43,870 nt of DNA from Verrucomicrobiota bacterium (lineage in GTDB: Bacteria > Verrucomicrobiota > Lentisphaeria > Victivallales > UBA1829): contig JAKJHH010000002.1 of assembly GCA_022703965.1 (NCBI GenBank), positions 1 to 43,870 of the forward strand, given 5' to 3'. The notes beneath the pieces are model-generated. The model made no database searches, was not told the origin of the DNA, and saw nothing but the letters and a program-made list of their open reading frames with translations. Each line of letters begins with the position of its first letter. The first letter of the stretch is position 1. Below, piece after piece: positions 1 to 8,748 of the stretch. The position numbers and the translations under genes are program-made.

Positions 1-290
1 TTTTCATGGATCTTTCAGGCATGGAGCCGGTTGAATCTCCGGAAGACCTGCCGATGAGCATAATAATGCCGGCCTTCATGATCAGTGAACTCAAAACGGC
101 CTTTCAGATGGGCTTCCTCATATACCTTCCCTTCCTGCTTGTGGACGTTGTGGTATCAACCGTTCTGATGTCGATGGGTATGATGATGCTTCCTCCCGCG
201 ATGGTATCCATGCCGTTCAAGATTCTTCTCTTCATCCTTGTCGACGGATGGGAGCTTATGGTTCGATCTCTTGTAATGAGCTTCGCCTAA
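1..290 (+). CDS. fliP: Type III export-gate protein FliP/SctR, C-terminal part (5' end lies outside the window)
   Basis: The frame is open from nt 3 to the stop at 290. The C-terminus SELKTAFQMGFLIYLPFLLVDVVVSTVLMSMGMMMLPPAMVSMPFKILLFILVDGWELMV matches the conserved FliP/SctR C-terminal TM region. FliQ and FliR homologues follow it. The fragment does not separate flagellar from injectisome origin. Confidence 0.8.
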   Translation, partial: FMDLSGMEPVESPEDLPMSIIMPAFMISELKTAFQMGFLIYLPFLLVDVVVSTVLMSMGMMMLPPAMVSMPFKILLFILVDGWELMVRSLVMSFA

Positions 291-329
291 GCGGCTTAAA
301 CAGGCAAAAAACAACAGGAATATATTGGC

Positions 330-599
330 ATGTCAGAAGGACTTCTCATAGATATCATGGAGCTCACGATTCAGACGACGGCGCTGATGTGTGCCCCGCT
401 GATTCTCACAATTCTCATCGTGAGCGTTGTAATTCAGGTATTCCAGTCCGTGACTCAGCTCAAGGATCAGTCCATAGCTTTTGTTCCTAAATTCTTCATA
501 ACAGGCATCGTTTTCATTATCGCAATTCCCTGGTATATTCAGATTACCCGCCAGTACTGCGAAATCATTTTCAAACTCATGGAAAGCGCATCGCAATAA
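330..599 (+). CDS. fliQ: Type III export-gate protein FliQ/SctS
   Basis: 89 aa with two hydrophobic helices and the FliQ-like core QSVTQLKDQSIAFVPK. An AGGAA RBS lies about 10 nt upstream. The gene sits between the FliP and FliR homologues. Confidence 0.8.
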   Translation: MSEGLLIDIMELTIQTTALMCAPLILTILIVSVVIQVFQSVTQLKDQSIAFVPKFFITGIVFIIAIPWYIQITRQYCEIIFKLMESASQ

Positions 600-614
600 A
601 GGAGTCCGCTTTTC

Positions 615-1412
615 ATGCAAATGTCCTTTGATTTTCCTCTTGAAGTCACAGCCATAAAGTTTCTTGCAGTCTTTGCGCGTGCAGGAGCATTCACCATGGC
701 GTTTTCAGTCTTCGACGGCAATAATATTCCCATGCCTGTAAAAATCATTTTCGGCATCATGATAAGCCTGATAATGATGCCTCTTGTGCCGGTGGAATGG
801 TGCGATGCGGCCTTTGTCGCGAATCTTGATATGCTCAAACTCACAATGCTGGTTCTGGGTGAGATGCTGCTCGGAGCCGGAATCTCTCTGGTTGTCGGCT
901 GCATCATGGAGATATTCAACTTCGGAGGCAGCATGATTGACATGGATATCGGCTTCAACTCCGCTCAGGAATTCGACCCGGTCAGTCAGGAAAACCGCAG
1001 CGTCATCGCCGGATTTTTCGGACAGTGTTTCATGGTTATCTTTCTTGCTGAAGACGCTCATTATGAAGTAATCAAACTTATTGCTGCGTCCTTTAACAAC
1101 CTTGAGCCGGGTGCCTTCATGGTCAATCAGGACGTTCTGGATATTTTCATCAACATGAGCGCCGGAATTTTTTCGACCGGAATCCAGATTGCCCTCCCTG
1201 CCCTCGGCACAATGCTCATAGTAAATATAGCGCTGGGACTTCTTGCCCGAATTGGCGAAGACTTTCCTGTGCTTATGCTTTCATTTCCGCTGAAACTTGG
1301 CATAGGCATGATAATCGTCATCGCCATACTTCCTTCGGTCATGGGACTCTGCCGCGGTCTGAACGGCGAACTCCTCAAGTGGATGGGCGCCCTCTGCGGC
1401 GTGGAAATTTAG
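615..1412 (+). CDS. fliR: Type III export-gate protein FliR/SctT
   Basis: 265-aa polytopic membrane protein with the size and gene order (after fliQ) typical of FliR/SctT. A GGAG RBS precedes the ATG at 615. Confidence 0.75.
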   Translation: MQMSFDFPLEVTAIKFLAVFARAGAFTMAFSVFDGNNIPMPVKIIFGIMISLIMMPLVPVEWCDAAFVANLDMLKLTMLVLGEMLLGAGISLVVGCIMEIFNFGGSMIDMDIGFNSAQEFDPVSQENRSVIAGFFGQCFMVIFLAEDAHYEVIKLIAASFNNLEPGAFMVNQDVLDIFINMSAGIFSTGIQIALPALGTMLIVNIALGLLARIGEDFPVLMLSFPLKLGIGMIIVIAILPSVMGLCRGLNGELLKWMGALCGVEI

Positions 1413-1440
1413 GCAATGCCCTTCTGTGACATTGACGTAA

Positions 1441-4400
1441 CTACTCTGCAAATATCATCTTGCCGAACTGAGATGAATCCCTTATAGAGCCGATACCTGA
1501 ACTCCATTGCAGCCAGCCCTTGCGCCCTTTTCCGTCATTATCGTTGATGAGCAGTGAAAAACCGCATTCTTTTCCGGCTCTGATGGCAAAGGTCGGACAT
1601 ATCGCGCTCTGTTTTATGGCGACTTCATAAACAGTGATTTCTCCGCTCCTCAGAACTTTTGCGCTCACCCCGGCCGGATTCGCTCCCATTCGATATTCGG
1701 AAACTATGTCTTCAGTAGGAATCGTTGTATAGCGGAAGACAGCTGTTTTATCATCCACCAGACAAACTCCGAATTGAGTGGAAGGAGAAGCTTTATGCTT
1801 CATATCAGGATCAAAATCAAACTGTATGGAGTCATGTTGCCACATGGGAAATCCTTCGAGTCCGGAAGATTTGATATTATCTTTCACCTTTACGGCAAGA
1901 TATATTGTATCGTCATTCCAGGCGCTGGCAAATTCGGCACTTATATCGTCCTTGCCCGCGTAGTCGTTTATAACGGAGTCTTCCACTTTTGTGAATTTGA
2001 TATTTGCCCAATCATCCAGTTTTCCGTCAAGCACGATTTTTGCGTTATTCGCTGCGTTTACAAGATAAAGCTGTCTGTTCAGCGGCATACCGGAATGAAT
2101 TCTTATCATTTCAGCCGAAGCTATTTCGAGCACCCCTTTGCTTTTGTATTCATAGAAATGCACAGTCAGATTCGCAGCATTGGCGGGAGCCGTCCATTCG
2201 GCTTCTAAAGTCTTCCAGTCCGATGCAAGCTCTCCGTTTACAAAGTTATTGAGCTCTCCCAGCTTTTTTCCGGATGCGTCACTCACAACAAACATGACTC
2301 TGAACAAGCCCTGTCCGCGAGCTTTTACTTTGAAGTAATAACGCGAGCCGGGAATAACTTTAAGTGGATGAATATTCCTCAGCGCTCCAGTTCCGTCAGT
2401 AACAAGCTTCACGGAAGCTCCTTCATTGAAATTGAGCTCAGAATCACCCCATTTTACCCATTCTTGCGTATTAAACGGCGGAATCATATTTTTCCCTGCC
2501 GGAATGCTGGATACTGTCACAGGAAAACTTCCGGAGACCGGAACATTCATATCCGCGCTGCTTATCAATCCCTCGGTTTTCACCGTATAGGACGCATCGT
2601 TAAGCGACGGCTTAAGCGGAACTGAGACAAGCTTGCTTTCTCCGGGCTTGAGTTTTATTTCAGAGATTTCTGCTGAGGATATGGCGGAGAAATCTGCCTT
2701 TAGCGATGCGCTTTGCAAATTCTTTCCTGTCCCGAGGGAAAATTCCACATCCAGATTTTTCCCCGGCTGAACATCCTGAGATTTTATGTTTGTATGCAGA
2801 GAGGTTCCAAGCAGGAGCGCATTGATATCGCACCCTGTGATCATAACAGGATCTTTACCCAATTCCAGCTTCAATACTCCGCTTTCTGCTGCAAGTTTTC
2901 TGCTGTTATCCATAAGATCTATGAGATTGATTTCGGGATTTTTTACAAATAACCGTACATTCTCAAGCTTATCTCCGCGATTCACAAGCAGAACTATGTA
3001 ATCGCCTCCGTTTTCTACTGCTCTTGCAGGAGAAAAATACTTGTATGCATAAGCCTCTATGCCTGGAGCCGGACTGAAACTCGTGAAATATTCGGCTCCG
3101 GTAAAACGATTGACAAGAGTTTTGCTGACGGAATAAGTATATTTCGGAGTGTCATCAGGCCCGATCTGCCCCCAGCTTCTCCATGTGCTGCCCGTCAAGA
3201 TGAAGTTATATATTCTCAGCACTCCGTTGGCGTTTCCGTATATATAATTGCGTATAAGATTACGGGCGGCCTCGCGTCGTGTCTCTTCATCAACCTGACC
3301 TAAAGTGCCGCAGGAATCGCAACGTGTCTCGTTATTTAGAAGCCCCATGTTTCTTCCGACTTTATCAAGCTGACGGTTTATGATGCTTATTCTGTCGTCA
3401 TCCATATAGTGATCAGCCGTATAATCTATGTACTTTCCAACGCCGAGCTGATAAAGTCTTATTATAAAATCAGACTGACGCGCCCAGACAGTTTCGGCAA
3501 CTATCTTTATATTCGGTGCGACTTTCCTGATAGATTCCGAAGCTGTTTTTATAAGCTCAAAATACTGTTCAGCTGTCCCTTCGTGCCAGTATACGGATTG
3601 TTCCGACGGCTCATTCCATATTTCTATCTCCCGGATCTTGTCCTTATATCTTGAGGCTATCAATGCACAGACCTCTCCCCATTTTTTCATATCTTGAGGA
3701 ACAACATTATAAAGCTCCCATATATGTTTAAACTTGCGTTCAGGCTGATACTTCTTTGTCATCCATTCCGGTGTTCCGAGTATGCAAAGCTGTATACGAA
3801 TGCGGTCTTGCAGTTCCTTATCTATGACATCATCATAGTATTTCCAACGGAACTGTCCTTCTTCTTTTTCCAGAAACTGCCAATCTATCGGAAGAATACG
3901 TTCATGATGAATCTGCAATATACGCCGGAAATTCCTGTAATTATCCTGACGTTCATAGTCATTATATTCATAAGGATCGAAAAGATGTCCCGGAGATATG
4001 CCGCAAAGTCCTATGAAACTTTTATCTATTTCCTCTTCAGTCAAAGGAGCAATCATACGTACAGCGGCTATCCTGTTTTCAATGACAGATTGTCCCATCT
4101 GCAAAACTACCGGAACATTATCTTTTTTCAGTCTGGCTCTGACTCTGTAATGTCCGCTTTCGGATGACGGACAGCGCAATTCAAGAACAGCTTTTCCCTG
4201 ACTGTCCGGCTTGATTTCGCAGTCATTTGAACTGACAGTTTTATCAAAGTAATTAACAAATTCAACAGAAGCCATATATTTTGAATTCTTCTCAAGATTG
4301 TAAAATGATACAATAACAGAGGCAGGCTCTTTCACATTATATGCACTTCTCCACATGAAACCTTTGGCCGGACTGATTTCCGCAACGGGATTTTCAGGAA

Positions 4401-5037
4401 CAGGGCCTGCGGCGCTGTCAAGCGATATATAATCAAACAGATAGCAACGTCCGTAAGTTCTTCCGGATGTCTCATTGAGCTTGATTTGGTTTTCACCTTT
4501 CTGCGCCTGAAAGTTTATTCTAATTATGCACGGCCCATGTTTTTCCATATATTTTTCGAGGTCATAAGGCAGATATTCGTGATGGACAGTTCCATCGGGC
4601 AACGCTATTCTAAGAGAGGGACGCAACCAGTCATTTCCGTCAATATCCATATTAGGATTGGGAGAAAGACGATGGCTGTTAAACGCTCCTGGAGCCTTAG
4701 GCATAAGGCGGATTTCAAAAGTTCTCCACGCAGCCTCTTTTTCCTGCCAGATGATATTCTGTTCCCGCACCAGACTGTTGTTGGCCGAATTTCCTCCTGA
4801 AATTCCTCCCGGCATTGCGGGTTTCTCTATCAGTTTATTCTCCGGAATCTGATATGTGAATGAAAACTTTGCGCGATCATATGCTTTATTCTTGAGGATT
4901 TCGGGACTTGTCTTGAATTCGGCACTGCGATACGTTATAAATTCCTTATCGGAGTCATCTTTTATGCCAAGCTGCCATATATTTTCAGCTCCTGCATTTA
5001 CAGCAAATAGAATCATGATAAAAGCAAAAAATCTCAT
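1441..5037 (-). CDS. Secreted multi-domain glycoside hydrolase (clan GH-A TIM barrel, family unassigned) with a CBM4_9-like module and a C-terminal CBM9/DOMON-like module
   Basis: Signal peptide MRFFAFIMILFAVNAGA. The TIM-barrel region carries the acid/base-type motif IREIEIWNEPSE and a GTPEW segment. The C-terminal region DGKLDDWANIKF...AWNDDTIYLAVKVKDN...HDSIQFDFDP resembles CBM9-like domains. A GGAGA RBS precedes the ATG at 5037. Confidence 0.6.
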   Translation of the reverse strand: MRFFAFIMILFAVNAGAENIWQLGIKDDSDKEFITYRSAEFKTSPEILKNKAYDRAKFSFTYQIPENKLIEKPAMPGGISGGNSANNSLVREQNIIWQEKEAAWRTFEIRLMPKAPGAFNSHRLSPNPNMDIDGNDWLRPSLRIALPDGTVHHEYLPYDLEKYMEKHGPCIIRINFQAQKGENQIKLNETSGRTYGRCYLFDYISLDSAAGPVPENPVAEISPAKGFMWRSAYNVKEPASVIVSFYNLEKNSKYMASVEFVNYFDKTVSSNDCEIKPDSQGKAVLELRCPSSESGHYRVRARLKKDNVPVVLQMGQSVIENRIAAVRMIAPLTEEEIDKSFIGLCGISPGHLFDPYEYNDYERQDNYRNFRRILQIHHERILPIDWQFLEKEEGQFRWKYYDDVIDKELQDRIRIQLCILGTPEWMTKKYQPERKFKHIWELYNVVPQDMKKWGEVCALIASRYKDKIREIEIWNEPSEQSVYWHEGTAEQYFELIKTASESIRKVAPNIKIVAETVWARQSDFIIRLYQLGVGKYIDYTADHYMDDDRISIINRQLDKVGRNMGLLNNETRCDSCGTLGQVDEETRREAARNLIRNYIYGNANGVLRIYNFILTGSTWRSWGQIGPDDTPKYTYSVSKTLVNRFTGAEYFTSFSPAPGIEAYAYKYFSPARAVENGGDYIVLLVNRGDKLENVRLFVKNPEINLIDLMDNSRKLAAESGVLKLELGKDPVMITGCDINALLLGTSLHTNIKSQDVQPGKNLDVEFSLGTGKNLQSASLKADFSAISSAEISEIKLKPGESKLVSVPLKPSLNDASYTVKTEGLISSADMNVPVSGSFPVTVSSIPAGKNMIPPFNTQEWVKWGDSELNFNEGASVKLVTDGTGALRNIHPLKVIPGSRYYFKVKARGQGLFRVMFVVSDASGKKLGELNNFVNGELASDWKTLEAEWTAPANAANLTVHFYEYKSKGVLEIASAEMIRIHSGMPLNRQLYLVNAANNAKIVLDGKLDDWANIKFTKVEDSVINDYAGKDDISAEFASAWNDDTIYLAVKVKDNIKSSGLEGFPMWQHDSIQFDFDPDMKHKASPSTQFGVCLVDDKTAVFRYTTIPTEDIVSEYRMGANPAGVSAKVLRSGEITVYEVAIKQSAICPTFAIRAGKECGFSLLINDNDGKGRKGWLQWSSGIGSIRDSSQFGKMIFAE

Positions 5038-5081
5038 AGTTTTCTCCGGGTGGCTATTCTTCTATTTAAGGGTTGGAGTCA

Positions 5082-5738
5082 TTAAAACGACCACATACTG
5101 TCAAAAGGGCCGGGATACTTTTTAATGTAATATGTACCTAATCCTGTTTCGGTTATAGCGCTTCCAGGACTCAAACTGTTAACGTGTCCGTCGCAGAACA
5201 GAAAATTGCTGCTGCTGAGATGTCCGAGTGTAGCGGTATCGTTGGCATAAGTCCAGAAATAATTTCCACTGCCCCAATCGGCATCAAGCCAGGATCTGCG
5301 CCCAAATGACTCGACAAGCAGAAATACAGAACTTGGATTCTTGATCTGAGCCAGTTTTTTACCGCTGGGCCGTTTAGTAGGCACTGCATATGTTATAGTG
5401 TTGAAAGCATAACTGGCCTTTTTATATGCTCCCGGATCGCGAACGACACGGTCATTTGCACATGTAAATATTTCTGCTTTGAGTACATAATTCCATATCC
5501 CGTATTGCCATGCACCCTTTGATACATCCGTATGATCGAAATACGGCATATAATCGCTCCAGTCTCCGGCATACATCATCAAGCCCTGCCCGAGCTGACG
5601 CATGTTATTGCTGCAACTCATCTGCTTCCCGCGTTCCCTGACTTTGCCCAAGCTAGGCAGAAGCATTGCGGCCAGAATCGCGATAATCGCAATCACAACC
5701 AGTAATTCAATGAGGGTGAAAGCTTTTCCGGTTTTCAT
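5082..5738 (-). CDS. Prepilin-type N-terminal methylation-motif protein with C-terminal H-X9-DG motif (DUF1559/TIGR04294-like pseudopilin-like protein)
   Basis: The N-terminus is [32 protein letters not shown] and the C-terminus carries [14 protein letters not shown] (H-X9-DG). A GAGAGGA RBS is present. The start is 12 nt after the LacI stop, and the stop is 44 nt before the hydrolase start. Confidence 0.85.
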   Translation of the reverse strand: MKTGKAFTLIELLVVIAIIAILAAMLLPSLGKVRERGKQMSCSNNMRQLGQGLMMYAGDWSDYMPYFDHTDVSKGAWQYGIWNYVLKAEIFTCANDRVVRDPGAYKKASYAFNTITYAVPTKRPSGKKLAQIKNPSSVFLLVESFGRRSWLDADWGSGNYFWTYANDTATLGHLSSSNFLFCDGHVNSLSPGSAITETGLGTYYIKKYPGPFDSMWSF

Positions 5739-5750
5739 GAAATCCTCTCG

Positions 5751-6746
5751 TCAGCTATTGAGTTTCATCGTGCTTTTTCTTGGAGTTAAGCTACACTCAA
5801 GAAGCTCCGGACTCACATCCCGTCCTTGAATAAGGTTTATAAGCATTCTTACCGATACTTTTCCTAATTTTTTTGTAGGTTGATGTATGGACGTAACAGG
5901 AGTTTCGAGATTTTCCAATTCATTACTTTCTTCAAATGAAATAAGCGAGATATCATCAGGAACACATAAACCCATTCTGCGTAATTCCATCAAAAATTTC
6001 AGGGTCAGAGTACTATTAAGCGATAAGATCGCAGTAGGACGGACAGGCATGTTAACAAGCTCTGAGACAGCACTTGTAACGGACAAGTCTATATCGTCAT
6101 AACTTTTCATCCATATCGATTCCGAATCTCCACCATTCTCTCTGATAATAGAAAAGAACCCCTCTATTCTATTTTTGTGTCCGTAGTCACCCTGATGTCC
6201 TGAAATTATGCCTATATTCCGATGCCCCATGCTCCACAAATATGATGCGGCATCACGCCCGGCTTTAAAACTGTCAGTACGCACGTTATTTGCGGGAATG
6301 GATGGCATGTTGCCTATGAATACTTTTGGAATCTCAAGTTTCTCAATTGAAAGCGAAAGATCGTGCATCTGAGCCAATTCCTGAACGATCAGCCCCTTAA
6401 GTGAAAATTTCTTGATGATATCCTGAATATATCCAAGAGAAAGCCGACTGGGCGTGACAGGGATAATCTGAGCAATCATTCCTTCGGCGGTAAGAGTTTC
6501 CAATATTCCCGTAAGCAGAGTGCTTGTGTAATCCTGCACCATAAAATCCTTGTAGATCAGCATCACGATACCTACACAATCGGGAGTTGTGGAGTAGTGA
6601 TTGCTACTGAAGCCCATTTCGGCAACAATTTTTTCAACGGTTTTTACGGTCTCGGAGCTGTGACCTCCCTTGCCGTTCAATATTCTTGAGACGGTTGCCG
6701 AACTCAAGCCAGCCCGCTTTGCAACTTCTTTTACTATCGCAGACAT
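5751..6746 (-). CDS. LacI-family transcriptional regulator
   Basis: The N-terminal HTH is VKEVAKRAGLSSATVSRILNGKG, followed by a periplasmic-binding-protein-like sugar-binding fold of typical length (331 aa). Confidence 0.85.
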   Translation of the reverse strand: MSAIVKEVAKRAGLSSATVSRILNGKGGHSSETVKTVEKIVAEMGFSSNHYSTTPDCVGIVMLIYKDFMVQDYTSTLLTGILETLTAEGMIAQIIPVTPSRLSLGYIQDIIKKFSLKGLIVQELAQMHDLSLSIEKLEIPKVFIGNMPSIPANNVRTDSFKAGRDAASYLWSMGHRNIGIISGHQGDYGHKNRIEGFFSIIRENGGDSESIWMKSYDDIDLSVTSAVSELVNMPVRPTAILSLNSTLTLKFLMELRRMGLCVPDDISLISFEESNELENLETPVTSIHQPTKKLGKVSVRMLINLIQGRDVSPELLECSLTPRKSTMKLNS

Positions 6747-6915
6747 ATCTAAAACCTTTGTATCCGGTTACATTTTCTATTTCCATTATATAACAGATCT
6801 CTGAAAGAAGCAATGCAATAATTACACAAAAATTACATAAAATATTGCAAAGACAAGCCAGAAGCAGATAAAGCAAGAGAAGAAAAGCATAAGCATGATC
6901 TTGTATGGCAAAGTA

Positions 6916-7599
6916 TTACAGAGAAGAAGACTCACCGGATTCTTCCATATGCTGCTTTGCAATAAGATGCTTGCGTATGGAATCAATCGTGAAATAGTTT
7001 GCAAGGAGAGCGGAAAGAATCAGTCCGGCGGCAGCCGTCCAGAATGTGCATAAAATGTAACCGGGAACCATCGCCGCCGCCCAGGCGTAAAGAACCAGAG
7101 TCCTGTTGGATGCTTTGAGAGTTCCCATATTCTGTTTCAGCAGAAAAAAGTTGATGAGGAGTCCGGGAATTATGCTGAAAAGGAAAGATATCCTGTTAAA
7201 GCTTTCCGAGTCTATGACTCTAAAGAAATTGTACCATATTCCGCTTATGAATTCGGGGCCGGGCAGAGGCGATGAAAGTACATAATACGCCGCAATGCAA
7301 AGCCCGAAAACTATTCCGCTCAAGCTAAAAAGCACTATCGAAACATCTTTGTCACGCTCCATTAGAAACTTGAAAAGGAAGAGCAGTATCGCGATCACTG
7401 GAATCGAAAGCAGAAAACTCCAGGGCAGCCAAAGCGGAATAACAACATGTCCGTAAGCAAAAATGAAACAGATGAGCAGACTCTTAAGATAAAGCGTCGA
7501 AAACAACCATATCGCCCCCCAGAGCAGACTTAAGCCGCCCCAGAGAAAAAAAGGCCATTGAGTGGCTTCCACGTTATCTCTGTCTCTTACAACTGTCAT
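6916..7599 (-). CDS. Polytopic membrane protein, unknown function
   Basis: 227 aa with about 6 hydrophobic segments rich in W/F/L. I recognised no family motif. It lies downstream of the LacI gene at 7708-8745 on the same strand. Confidence 0.5.
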   Translation of the reverse strand: MTVVRDRDNVEATQWPFFLWGGLSLLWGAIWLFSTLYLKSLLICFIFAYGHVVIPLWLPWSFLLSIPVIAILLFLFKFLMERDKDVSIVLFSLSGIVFGLCIAAYYVLSSPLPGPEFISGIWYNFFRVIDSESFNRISFLFSIIPGLLINFFLLKQNMGTLKASNRTLVLYAWAAAMVPGYILCTFWTAAAGLILSALLANYFTIDSIRKHLIAKQHMEESGESSSL

Positions 7600-7707
7600 T
7601 ACTGTTTATCCTTTGCGCGTGAAAAGATAAGATTGACACAAAAGCGCAAAAGTCAACCCCGCAAGGCAGCTTTAAGTTCCGGAATAAGCTGATTTTTCAG
7701 AAGCATA

Positions 7708-8745
7708 TCATAACGCTGGCGATGCAGTGGACTCTCTGAGGACAAGAGAGACAGGATGAAACTCGTCTGTCGAGGCGACCTTTTTTCCGGCACGGATTTC
7801 AATGATTCTCCGGACAGCGGCTGCTCCCATTTCACGGTAAGGCTGTTTAACGGTCGTCAGCCCGGGGTTGCTGTAGGCTGCCATCATCATTTCGCCGAAC
7901 CCGATTACAGATACTTTTTCAGGAATGGAAATGTCGCGCTGCTGCAAGACTTTCATCAGGTTCATCGCAAGCATATCAGTCACGCAGAAAAAGGCTGTCG
8001 GGAAAGGCTTGCCGGAAAGAAGCAGACTGTCAATAGCAGAGGATATCTTCTCGTCGCTTCCGCCATTGATAAGATGCTCAGGCAAGACATCAAGTCCGTG
8101 TTTCTTCATTGCCTTGATAAAACCGTTCTCTCGCATAAGCGGGAAGAGTTCAGGATTCTGCGAGCCGCCCATCCATTCACGACTCAACACCGCAATGCGG
8201 CGATGTCCGAGTCCGACAAGATGATCCACCGCCATCGCCGCTCCGGATTCGTCGTCCGAAATAATCCTGCGGACTTCAGGATGAACCGAGCTTGAGGCAT
8301 CTACGGAAACAAGAGGGATTCCCTCGGCGCTGCAACGTTTAAAAATATAATCGGTATGTTCATTGTCCGCAGACTGCATGATAAAGCCCATCGGCCTCTG
8401 CCTCAGTGCCGAATCCACCGCTTTTCTGTAGTCATCGACAAGAGTCCACGGAATGATGTGCATAAGAATTTCCTGCCTGTCTGCCTCCAGTGCGGCACCT
8501 TCAACGTACCACGACACGAACTGAGGCCAAATCAAGGGAGCCGCATATGAAATGACTTTTGCGTAACCTCTCTTCATTGAACGTGCGGATTCATTCGGAA
8601 TGTATCCGAGTTTCGAGGCTGCATCCAGAACCTTCTGAGCGGTCTCCGGACTTATCCTCATTTTCTCGCTACGCCCTTTTAGCACGTGCGAAACGGTTGC
8701 TCTGCTGAGCCCTATTGATTCAGCGATATCATCAAGTGTAGGCAT
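7708..8745 (-). CDS. LacI-family transcriptional regulator
   Basis: The N-terminal HTH is LDDIAESIGLSRATVSHVLKGR, followed by a sugar-binding domain. The ATG is only 3 nt after the GH2 stop codon, so the gene is probably co-transcribed with it. Confidence 0.85.
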   Translation of the reverse strand: MPTLDDIAESIGLSRATVSHVLKGRSEKMRISPETAQKVLDAASKLGYIPNESARSMKRGYAKVISYAAPLIWPQFVSWYVEGAALEADRQEILMHIIPWTLVDDYRKAVDSALRQRPMGFIMQSADNEHTDYIFKRCSAEGIPLVSVDASSSVHPEVRRIISDDESGAAMAVDHLVGLGHRRIAVLSREWMGGSQNPELFPLMRENGFIKAMKKHGLDVLPEHLINGGSDEKISSAIDSLLLSGKPFPTAFFCVTDMLAMNLMKVLQQRDISIPEKVSVIGFGEMMMAAYSNPGLTTVKQPYREMGAAAVRRIIEIRAGKKVASTDEFHPVSLVLRESTASPAL

Positions 8746-8748
8746 GAT

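Noticed and set aside
7611-7651. An 8-bp inverted repeat CTTTGCGC...GCGCAAAG in the spacer between the LacI gene and the membrane-protein gene, considered as a terminator or operator.
   Set aside because: The 25-nt loop and missing U-tract make a terminator unlikely. It does not resemble LacI-family palindromic operators, and it is too weak to report as a feature.
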